From the NCBI GenBank assembly GCA_020860605.1, contig JAJBTZ010000011.1, forward strand, positions 2,230-66,229: a stretch of DNA of 64,000 nt. Direction: 5' to 3'. The notes under the pieces were generated by a model that was given only the letters and a program-made list of their open reading frames with translations, made no database searches and was not told where the DNA came from. Positions 35,493 to 43,756 of the stretch are shown here, one piece after another; within the stretch, counting starts at the first letter, position 1; each line of letters begins with the position of its first letter. Position numbers and translations under genes: made by a program. The stretch comes from Ruminococcus sp. (GTDB lineage: Bacteria > Bacillota > Clostridia > Oscillospirales > Ruminococcaceae).

Positions 35493-37472
35493 CTACTTGC
35501 TCTGTTTCCACATTTTATACCAATAGCGATACTGCGACATATCTGCATCTGTCCCAATGCCATCACGATACAGCTCATACAGAATTTCCATGCCTTTTAC
35601 GTCCCCAGCTTCGGCGGATTGTTTCATCCAATAAAAGCCTTTATAGTTGCTTCGACTGGTTCCCTGACCCTTCAGATATAATAATCCGAGATTATAGTAC
35701 GCTCTCTCAAAGCCTTCTTCAGCAAGCTTTTCACACCAGTAAAAGACACGTTTATCATCCTTCTGTACGCCTGCTTCTCCAGTTCTATAGATGTTGTACA
35801 GATCAATCTGGGCATCAATGTCTCCGCCTTCGGCTATTTTACTGAGATAATAAACCGCCTTTTGTTTGTTGACAGCCGTTCCTATGCCCTCATTATAACG
35901 CCTGCAGGCTTCACGCTGTGACTCTATATCTCCGCCCTCAGCAAGCTTTTCCAACCAATACAGGGCTTTTTTCTCATCTGGCTTTAAACTATACATTCCG
36001 TATGAATAAAAAGTGTAAAGCCAGCTTTGTGAATCATTGTAATTTGCCTCACCAGCCTGTTCGAGCCAATACACGGCTTTATCCCTTTGTTCAGGGGTCA
36101 GGTCATTCATTACAAGATAACACATGGCGTACTGTGCCTGAATGTATCCTTTCTGGCAGAGCTGATCGTAAAGATAAAACGCCTGATTCAGATCTTTGGC
36201 GACTCCTGTGCCAAGATCATAGCATGATGCAAGCTCGTACATGGCATCAATGTGTCCGTTATCAGAAGCCATTTTAAACCAGTAAAATGCCTGATTTTCA
36301 TCTTTTTCCGTGCCCATGCCTTTCCTGTAGTAAATACCCAAACGGTATTGTGCATCGGCATCTCCCGCTTCAGCAGCTTTTTTGCACCAATAAAACGCCT
36401 GGGAAGGATCAGCATCTGTTCCAATTCCCTCTTCATAACATTTGCTGAGATTTCTCATCGCATCTATATTCCCGTTTTCAGCACCATTTTTATATAAGTC
36501 GAATTCCATAAGCTCTTTTAATCTCTTGGCATCTGAGCCCAGTTTCTCGTTTTCAGTTTCACTTACACTGGTTAAATAACTGATGGCTTCATCAGGCATT
36601 ACTTGCCTGACAATGTTCTGGGAAGCCTCGTGTCCATCCCTGGCAGCTTTTAAATACCAGTAAAAGGCTACAGGTTTATTAACGGCGGTGCCTTCACCGT
36701 TTTCATAACATCTGGCCAGTTCATACATTGCTCCTAAGTGCCCATTTACGGCAGCAACCTGAAACCAGCGAAGAGCCTGTCCCTTATCAACAGCGGTACC
36801 CCTTCCCTCTCTGCAACATACGCCAAGACTGAACTGTGATACAGGATAACCCTTCAAAGCGCCAGCTAAATAAGTGTTGTATAGCTTCTGCTTCCCTTCT
36901 TCAGTGTTATAGTAATCATCCAGTTCCTTTTGCCTTTTTCTCTCTTCCTCCGCTTCTTTTGCCTTCTTTTCTGCCAATTTTTCAGCAAGCGTGGAATCCG
37001 TCAGCGCACGAAGTTCTTCGATCCTGTTCCGAATTCTGTAATCGTCCTCTTTTTTCAGAGATTCCTCATACCAATAGATGGCTTTTTCGACATCGACCTC
37101 AGTTCCTTCACCCTGTTCATAACTCCTGGCAAGCTGAACCTGGGTATCGCGTCCTCCCAACTCGGCACCGATTTTATAGGCATTGAACGCTTTCTCTTTA
37201 TCAACTTCAACACCATTGCCATCCATGTAGTGTAGTCCATAGGTTAAAAGTCCATTCTCATCTCCAGCCTTGGCTGCTTTTAAAGCATACTCGTAAGCTG
37301 TTTCAGGATCGCCATCGTACCAGTACTTTATATATTGTTCATACAGCCGATAAGGATCATTTGGGTTAACCATTTTTACAGTCGGCTTGGAATCATTACT
37401 AATCGTGTCATCTACAGCTTTGTTCACTTTAGCCGGCTCAACCCTCTTTTTTCTGTTGAAAAGCATATTCAT
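35493..37472 (-). CDS. Sel1-like repeat (SLR/TPR) protein
   Basis: 659 aa made of many ~36-aa units of the type A..WY.KAAE.G...AQ..LG..Y..G.G. No signal peptide. Confidence 0.8.
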   Translation of the reverse strand: MNMLFNRKKRVEPAKVNKAVDDTISNDSKPTVKMVNPNDPYRLYEQYIKYWYDGDPETAYEYALKAAKAGDENGLLTYGLHYMDGNGVEVDKEKAFNAYKIGAELGGRDTQVQLARSYEQGEGTEVDVEKAIYWYEESLKKEDDYRIRNRIEELRALTDSTLAEKLAEKKAKEAEEERKRQKELDDYYNTEEGKQKLYNTYLAGALKGYPVSQFSLGVCCREGRGTAVDKGQALRWFQVAAVNGHLGAMYELARCYENGEGTAVNKPVAFYWYLKAARDGHEASQNIVRQVMPDEAISYLTSVSETENEKLGSDAKRLKELMEFDLYKNGAENGNIDAMRNLSKCYEEGIGTDADPSQAFYWCKKAAEAGDADAQYRLGIYYRKGMGTEKDENQAFYWFKMASDNGHIDAMYELASCYDLGTGVAKDLNQAFYLYDQLCQKGYIQAQYAMCYLVMNDLTPEQRDKAVYWLEQAGEANYNDSQSWLYTFYSYGMYSLKPDEKKALYWLEKLAEGGDIESQREACRRYNEGIGTAVNKQKAVYYLSKIAEGGDIDAQIDLYNIYRTGEAGVQKDDKRVFYWCEKLAEEGFERAYYNLGLLYLKGQGTSRSNYKGFYWMKQSAEAGDVKGMEILYELYRDGIGTDADMSQYRYWYKMWKQSK

Positions 37473-37698
37473 TTTCCTTTCTTATCAGATATTGCATCCA
37501 CATTTTCTGCGAATGTGGCTCTGATTGAAGTATAACATATAATTGGGGAGGGTGCAAGGCATATCTTGTCCCGCCAACACAAAAAGTCCGAAAGAGAATC
37601 ACTTCAGAATCTCTTTCGGAAGGATGATGTTATTCTTTTTCTTGACCTCCACAGAGTTTTGCACATATCCAGCGGGGTCAGCTTGGTTTGAAAAACGC

Positions 37699-38607
37699 CT
37701 AATCCAAATAGTGAAGTCCTGTTAATGTTTCAGAAGCTTCCCACAGCTTTTTTGCTGTATCCGGATTATGCGACGCTTTATTGGATTTGACCACATCAGG
37801 CATCCTGCCCTTTGATGGTCCGAAGTATTCGCCTCCTCTGACAGTTTCATCTGTAGCCGCACGAATCAATGGCATTGAACCATAGATGGTAGGCTTCAGA
37901 AAGCTTGCCACAAACGTCAGGAATCCTTTGGTGAAAGCGTTATTTGCCTGAGCCGGCATGATGTTTGTCTGTGCTATTCCGGGATGTGCAGCAAGTGAGA
38001 TCGTAGACTTGCCTGTGCGTGTAAGACGCCGTTGCATTTCATACGCAAACAAAAGCATTTCCATTTTGGAACGTCCGTATGCTCTCCATCTGCCGAAGCC
38101 CTTTTTATTTTTATAGTACAGATTATCAAAATCTATCTTGTTTCCGAAAAAGTATGCAAGACTGCTGACGCTGACAACTCTTGCGCCGGGCGTTGCCTCC
38201 AATAGGTCGAGTAATCTTCCTGTCAGTGCAAAGTGACCGAGATAGTTCGTTGCGAAGTGATTTTCAAAGCCGTCAACGGTTTCAGAATACGGCGCAGCCA
38301 TAATTCCCGCATTATTGACGAGAACATCGAGGCGACTGTATTTCTGCTTGAATTGATCTGCAAAATCCGCAACACTTTTTTGGCTGGCAAGGTCTAAGTG
38401 CATAGCATCCAGATCCGCGTTCGGAACATCGTCCCGAATCTTTTGCACGGCGACATCTGCCTTTTTCGGATTACGGCAGGCCATCACAACTTTTGCGCCT
38501 TTGCGAGAAAGCTCCTTAGCAGTCTCAAAGCCCAGACCGCTGTTTGCACCTGTCACAATCATAACTTTGCCGGAAAGGTCAGGTATATCTTCTAATTTCC
38601 AACTCAT
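37699..38607 (-). CDS. short-chain dehydrogenase/reductase (SDR) family oxidoreductase
   Basis: 302 aa. TGANSGLG cofactor motif, NNAG, and a Y..SK catalytic motif (YGRSK). Confidence 0.8.
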   Translation of the reverse strand: MSWKLEDIPDLSGKVMIVTGANSGLGFETAKELSRKGAKVVMACRNPKKADVAVQKIRDDVPNADLDAMHLDLASQKSVADFADQFKQKYSRLDVLVNNAGIMAAPYSETVDGFENHFATNYLGHFALTGRLLDLLEATPGARVVSVSSLAYFFGNKIDFDNLYYKNKKGFGRWRAYGRSKMEMLLFAYEMQRRLTRTGKSTISLAAHPGIAQTNIMPAQANNAFTKGFLTFVASFLKPTIYGSMPLIRAATDETVRGGEYFGPSKGRMPDVVKSNKASHNPDTAKKLWEASETLTGLHYLD

Positions 38608-38609
38608 AA

Positions 38610-39425
38610 TTATCCCCTCACATAGAATTCAGATTGCATCATATCATTAAGCGTGACATTCGGATTCTGATAGCGTCTGCGCTTTTCCGGCACATTGGGG
38701 TGACGAATTGCATGGTTTGGGCACCACATGATGCAAGCCATACACTGTTGGCAGTCATGTCCCCAGGTCGGACCATCTTCGGTCAACTTGATGTTTCCGT
38801 TTTTACAGAGCTTTTCACAGACGCCACACTTTGTACAGGCTTCGGTGGTATAGAAGCCACCCTCAACAGAGTCACGATCAACCCCTAATAAACGCTTATT
38901 GAAAGTCGCTGATGCCCACGAAAGAAATCTGCGGTTGATACCTTTTCGGTTTTTCGTAGGCACATCCGATTGAATTTTCTCCACAATTTTAGCAGAAGCT
39001 TTGGCTTCATGGTTCAGATAGATGCGATTGATCCAGTCCGGCATGGGAGAAAAGCCCACGATATGGTTTGGTGGCATGGGCAGCATAAATGTCTGAACAG
39101 CAAAGTCCGTTTTCGGCTGCAAAATGGCTTTCAGGTCGATACAGACGTAACCGTCATAGCCACCACAGGTGGCAAGGACGAAAATCTTCTGCTTTCTGGA
39201 ACAGCAGAGCTTCTCACAGACCTCTTTCACCACTCTCGGAGGACGAACAAACCACGTAGCGGTCACGATACCAATACGAGTGTAATCTGCCGGAACCTCC
39301 GGGTTATCACGCAGAGAGTAGATAGACATAAGTGTTGTATTTCCCAGCTTCTCACCAATATGCTTTGCAACAGAGAGGCTGTTCCCAGAGCCGGAATAGT
39401 AATAAATGATTGTTTTTTCAGCCAT
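38610..39425 (-). CDS. flavodoxin-like / 2x[4Fe-4S] ferredoxin fusion (EFR1-type)
   Basis: 271 aa. N-terminal IIYYYSGSGNS flavodoxin-like start and two Cys clusters (CTKCGVCEKLC, CQQCMACIMWCP). Its stop lies 2 nt before the SDR start. Confidence 0.7.
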   Translation of the reverse strand: MAEKTIIYYYSGSGNSLSVAKHIGEKLGNTTLMSIYSLRDNPEVPADYTRIGIVTATWFVRPPRVVKEVCEKLCCSRKQKIFVLATCGGYDGYVCIDLKAILQPKTDFAVQTFMLPMPPNHIVGFSPMPDWINRIYLNHEAKASAKIVEKIQSDVPTKNRKGINRRFLSWASATFNKRLLGVDRDSVEGGFYTTEACTKCGVCEKLCKNGNIKLTEDGPTWGHDCQQCMACIMWCPNHAIRHPNVPEKRRRYQNPNVTLNDMMQSEFYVRG

Positions 39426-39810
39426 TTGACACCTCCATTTGCGTTGTTGTTTCGTTGTAATGTCAGTCCGATTTTCGCAACATAGATTGCTACTTTCTAT
39501 TTTATCACTTGAACGGAATCAATACAACAACACAGAGGCAACGAATGTGGGATTCTTTTCTGAAATTTTGATGAACACGGGGTCTGCGTGGTTACTTCTG
39601 TTATGCTTTATTTATGCCACGGACTTGTATCTTGTCTAAATCAGCCGCCGCAGATGCTTTATTTTTCAAAATAATTGCTTTTATGTTTCTGCCTTTAAAC
39701 CGATTGTCGTTTTGTCAAGTGGTGGCAACCTGCTTGGCACGGGGAGAGATTGTTGATATGGATAAGTATCTTGAGCTTGAACTTCCCGTAGAGTACAGTG
39801 AAAATAAGTA

Positions 39811-39864
39811 AACCCCCTGTAGCTCCCAGAGTTTTCTCTGAGAAACCACAGGGGGTTCTTTTTA
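39811..39864. terminator. strong hairpin terminator at the distal end of the long minus-strand operon (also has a plus-strand T-run)
   Basis: AACCCCCTGT (39811-39820) pairs with ACAGGGGGTT (39848-39857), followed by CTTTTT. Confidence 0.75.
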
Positions 39865-39873
39865 CGCTATGAA

Positions 39874-40134
39874 TTAAAGTCCAATGGAATCTATAGCTGC
39901 TTTTATATTCTTTGCAGCGACATCCGCATCTGAACCATCAAACGAGAATTCAACTGTGTCTCCTGTTTTAAAGCAACCTGTTATTAACGACATAATGCTC
40001 TTTGCATCTTTTGGTGACGAGCTGGGTTTAGCTACAATGATATAGCATGAGTACTTCGCAGCTTCATGTGCAAGAAGAGCTAAAGCCGTGTTGTCAGCCT
40101 TTCCTGTGATCTTGTAAGTAAAACTTTCTATCAT
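39874..40134 (-). CDS. HPr-like protein lacking the His15/Arg17 active site
   Basis: 86 aa that aligns end to end with PTS HPr. The Ser46 region is conserved (DAKSIMSL), but the GIHARPA loop reads ADNTALA. Confidence 0.6.
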   Translation of the reverse strand: MIESFTYKITGKADNTALALLAHEAAKYSCYIIVAKPSSSPKDAKSIMSLITGCFKTGDTVEFSFDGSDADVAAKNIKAAIDSIGL

Positions 40135-40161
40135 TTTGTTGCTACTCCTATTCGTTATTTT

Positions 40162-40383
40162 CTATTTGATTTTTCCGCTCTGTAGCTTCTGCTCGTCCAA
40201 CGCTTCCTTCAAGACGATAACCCTACCCTTTGATTTTTTATCATTCTCTATGCCCCAGAATGTCTCTGCATTAAAACAGAATAACGAGCCGCCAATAAAC
40301 TGTTCTATATGTTCTTTCTCTCCAAATTTCAAAAGGTATTTTACACCCTGCAACTCAGGCAGTACCTTCTTCTCATCTTCCAT
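40162..40383 (-). CDS. hypothetical protein (73 aa)
   Basis: ORF packed between the NTP_transf_5 and HPr-like genes. No recognisable motif. Confidence 0.35.
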   Translation of the reverse strand: MEDEKKVLPELQGVKYLLKFGEKEHIEQFIGGSLFCFNAETFWGIENDKKSKGRVIVLKEALDEQKLQSGKIK

Positions 40384-40455
40384 TTGATTTCACTTTCCTC
40401 TACGCTTCACACTATCTTAAGGCAACTTGAATATGGGCTAATTTAATTCACTTTG

Positions 40456-41643
40456 TTACTCAAATATTCTCAATGCCTGAATCAAATCTTTCTGCTGCTT
40501 TCCTTTTGCAAAATCGCCTTTAATACCTTTTAGTTTATATTCACCAATCAAAATTTCTTTCATGCACCACCCTGCTTGGTATAACCACGCAAACGGCTTT
40601 AACCACGGGTGCTTCTTTACTAATTTCCACCTGAGCATTCCATATTTCTGCAAAGTTCTGAAAAAATCTCCGAGGTTATTGCACTTTGAGAATAGAAACG
40701 CACCTTTTCCCTCTGAAGTTGCTTTCGCCTTTCTGCCGAAATTGCCCTGTGTATAAAAGTAATCCAGAAGCTCTGTACACAGTTTTTCATCTGCGTCTGA
40801 GCACCATGTGATGTCTTCACGAAGTCCTAAATACATCTGGCACATCTTCGCGACAGTCTTCGCTATAACATCAAGACCTGCTTTTTCAAAGACCGGCTTG
40901 AACTCATTGCTGTATGCCACATCGTCCAAGTTCTTGTCCACAAACATCATCCAGTCAATAATCTGGCGGAAGCCCAAGCCTCCATCAAGGTGTTTAACAA
41001 TATGTAGTAGCAAAACAAGACCGTTCTGCAAAGTAGGGAGAACAGGTACTTCGTAGGTTTCGCATGGGATCAACTGTACATTCTTTAAACCGTCCTGAAA
41101 CAGTCCGAAAAGATACTCATCATCGCTTTTCATTCCCGCAGGATACTTGTGAATCTCAAATGTAATGCCGTTTTTCTCAAGCGTATAGTGGTAATCGACA
41201 TTATCCTCATCATAGGTGAGAACGTAGCCATTGTCAAGCATAAGACGATAGGCTTCATCAAACTTTTCTATCGGAACGAGAAAGTCGATGTCGCCCATCG
41301 CTCTGTATTCAGGATTTGGATAATTGACTGCAGCCGCTGTTCCTTTCAGAATCGCCATTTCGATATTGTGAGACGAAAGAAGCTTGTACAAGTCATGCTG
41401 TTCGTTTTGAATTTCGGTGAAACGGTGAATGTTGTACATGGTGGCGTTGATCCATTTCTCAGATAATTCATCCGACACAACATCCGCGACCATGTCGGTA
41501 AAGAGATAGGCGATGGATTGGGCTGTGAGCTCTTTGTAGATGGCGGACCAATCGGAAGATTGGATGGTTGGAGGCACAGCTTGGTTTCTGGACCATGCGG
41601 ATATTAAATTGGTGATTATGAATCTCATAAAAACTGTCACCAT
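40456..41643 (-). CDS. uncharacterised nucleotidyltransferase family protein (NTP_transf_5-like)
   Basis: 395 aa. LKGTAAAVNYPNPEYRAMGDIDFLV matches the hallmark of that family. Start uncertain (41643 or 41628). Confidence 0.6.
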   Translation of the reverse strand: MVTVFMRFIITNLISAWSRNQAVPPTIQSSDWSAIYKELTAQSIAYLFTDMVADVVSDELSEKWINATMYNIHRFTEIQNEQHDLYKLLSSHNIEMAILKGTAAAVNYPNPEYRAMGDIDFLVPIEKFDEAYRLMLDNGYVLTYDEDNVDYHYTLEKNGITFEIHKYPAGMKSDDEYLFGLFQDGLKNVQLIPCETYEVPVLPTLQNGLVLLLHIVKHLDGGLGFRQIIDWMMFVDKNLDDVAYSNEFKPVFEKAGLDVIAKTVAKMCQMYLGLREDITWCSDADEKLCTELLDYFYTQGNFGRKAKATSEGKGAFLFSKCNNLGDFFRTLQKYGMLRWKLVKKHPWLKPFAWLYQAGWCMKEILIGEYKLKGIKGDFAKGKQQKDLIQALRIFE

Positions 41644-41681
41644 CCCATTTTAACAGAGAGAAGTTAATTCATCGACACTCC

Positions 41682-42209
41682 TCAAATTCGCTTTAACTCC
41701 ATCCCTTCAATATCTTTATCGGAAATAATTAACTTGTTGTTGAGCTTCGGCCACTCAATTCCAACATCAGGATCATCGTATCTGAGCACACACGCTGCTT
41801 CTTTTTTGAACCCTCCATCTATACACCACTGCATCAAAACATCATCCTCAAGTGTTAAGTAGCCATGAGCAAATCCTTTAGGAACATACATAATTTTTCT
41901 GTTTTCAAAGGAAAGTACCTCTCCAACATATTGACCGAACGTATCTGAGCCCTTTCTTATATCCACACCCACAGAAAAAACAGAACCGTGAAGGCAGGAA
42001 ACCAGTTTTGCCTGTTCATATGGTGTCTTTTGAAAGTGAAGACCACGCATAGTATTGGCTTTATAACTGTATCCATGATTTATTTGACATACATCAAAAT
42101 TGATTCCAAGTTTTCTCGCAGAATCAATCTCCAGTGAAACTGAGGTATACCCTCTATCGTCTGAGTAAACATCCAGACCTTTAAAAACAATAACAGAATC
42201 TTGTCTCAA
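41682..42209 (-). CDS. RmlC-like cupin sugar-nucleotide epimerase (second copy)
   Basis: 175 aa. MRGLHFQ..QAKLVSCLHGSVFSVGVDIRKGS..GFAHGY resembles dTDP-4-dehydrorhamnose 3,5-epimerase but is distinct from rfbC at 57736-58350. Confidence 0.65.
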   Translation of the reverse strand: MRQDSVIVFKGLDVYSDDRGYTSVSLEIDSARKLGINFDVCQINHGYSYKANTMRGLHFQKTPYEQAKLVSCLHGSVFSVGVDIRKGSDTFGQYVGEVLSFENRKIMYVPKGFAHGYLTLEDDVLMQWCIDGGFKKEAACVLRYDDPDVGIEWPKLNNKLIISDKDIEGMELKRI

Positions 42210-42230
42210 TTCTGAACACTTCCTTATAAA

Positions 42231-42665
42231 TCATTCAAAGCTCTTACGAATGGTCTCCATTTCCGATGAATTGGGAAATACTTTGTTGACACCAACTACT
42301 GTATGGAAAGGTGGTACATCCTTAGTTACAATTGCGCCAGCACCAACAATCGCGCCTTCGCCGATTTCAACATGTCCAATAATTGTAGCTCTTGCCCCAA
42401 GAATTGCTCCTTTATGAACTACAGGTGCGTTTTCCAAGCCTTTTGAGGCTCCTAATGTGACACCATGCTGAATAATAACCTTAGATTCAACAACCGCATA
42501 CTTGCTAATCACGACGCCCAATGCAGAATGCTGGAATGAAACATCATCAGCAATATTAGCATCTATTGGAATATCACATCCATAGTAATGGCGCATAAAC
42601 CAACTAATCAAGCGTCTACCCCCCCACGCTTTTCTTCCTAATTGCAAGCATTTACTGACACTCAC
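42231..42665 (-). CDS. hexapeptide-repeat (CysE/WcaB-like) O-acetyltransferase carrying a 5' G7 tract
   Basis: 144 aa from GTG 42665. Left-handed beta-helix repeats (IIQHGVTLG, ILGARATIIGHVEIGEGAIVGAGAIV). Codons 14-16 lie within the G7 tract. Confidence 0.7.
   Translation of the reverse strand: MSVSKCLQLGRKAWGGRRLISWFMRHYYGCDIPIDANIADDVSFQHSALGVVISKYAVVESKVIIQHGVTLGASKGLENAPVVHKGAILGARATIIGHVEIGEGAIVGAGAIVTKDVPPFHTVVGVNKVFPNSSEMETIRKSFE
42619..42625 (-). repeat. G7 homopolymer tract (C7 on the plus strand) in acetyltransferase codons 14-16
   Basis: Read directly. G6 or G8 gives a stop within 1-3 codons after the tract. Confidence 0.95.
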
Positions 42666-43702
42666 TTCTGAATACCCCTCTCTGTAAAATGTGGCTCTCT
42701 ATTTTTTGTACTTTCTTTTCAATGAAAATATTAGACAAAACGGCAAACATAAATGTTAACACCATTGAAATCAGAATCAACAACCATTCTCTTCCTGAAA
42801 TTACCTGTATGAGAAAAGTTATTATCGGCATATGCCATACATATATTCCATACGATAATTCAACCTTAAGGCGACACTTTCCAAATCGAAACGCAAGACC
42901 TAATGTCAACATTCCTGCTAACAGTACAGTTATAGGATCTGTATAATATCCCGCTTCTGCAAGTGGTTCGACATGATACTTTATCAGCAAATGCCATGCC
43001 AAAAATGCAACTGTTATGTAAATGAGATTATTACAGATAAATCGTATTACACTGTCTTTGAACTTGTATCCTAGCACTCCAATCAAGAAAAAGTACAGAT
43101 ACGGCAAAAAACTACTGGAATATATTTTAGCCACAATGCCAAATCCATTATTTTGACAAAGTGAGACAAGCTCATTTCCAATCAGATTAATAAGAAAAGC
43201 ACACGCAAATGTAATCCCCCAAAAGGTCTTGCTGCAATTGCTAATAAGCACCTTTTTACAAAGCACCGCTATCACGTAAATCTGAAGTTCAATCCATATA
43301 GCCCATATTGCTCCGTTACTGATACCATATATCTCATTACCGTTTGGCTTTAATATCATTTTTACTGCAAAAATCAGTACATCCTCAGCACTAAGTTGTA
43401 CCCCCCTGAATCACACTCAGCACATATGCAGCTATAATCATGGCGATAATACTAACGATATACACAGGGTAGATTCGGAAAAATCTCTTTATAAGATAGA
43501 CTCCACCACTCGACCGTTCTAAAGAAGGTATAAGGAAGAAACCACATATTACAAAGAAAGCAACTAATGATGCACCAGCAAAGAGGAATCTATCATATGC
43601 TAGGTTTTCTAATCCAAAAACCGCAACAGAATAGTGAGAAAACATGATCAGTACTGAAGCAACTAATCTAATTACGTCAAAAGAATTTTCCTTATAGTTC
43701 AT
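42652..43702 (-). pseudogene. acyltransferase family 3 (OafA-like O-acyltransferase), split by a frameshift at a G6 tract
   Basis: The 103-aa N-terminal ORF (43391-43702) and the 235-aa C-terminal ORF (42652-43359) are consecutive membrane segments. Deleting one G from the tract at 43401-43406 joins them without a stop. Confidence 0.75.
43401..43406 (-). repeat. G6 homopolymer tract at the acyltransferase-3 frameshift
   Basis: Read directly. G5 or G8 restores the long ORF. Confidence 0.95.
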
Positions 43703-43756
43703 ATCGACATCCTCCAGGCTTCCTTGCTTTTATAAAGTCCAGCCCTTGCTGGCGTT

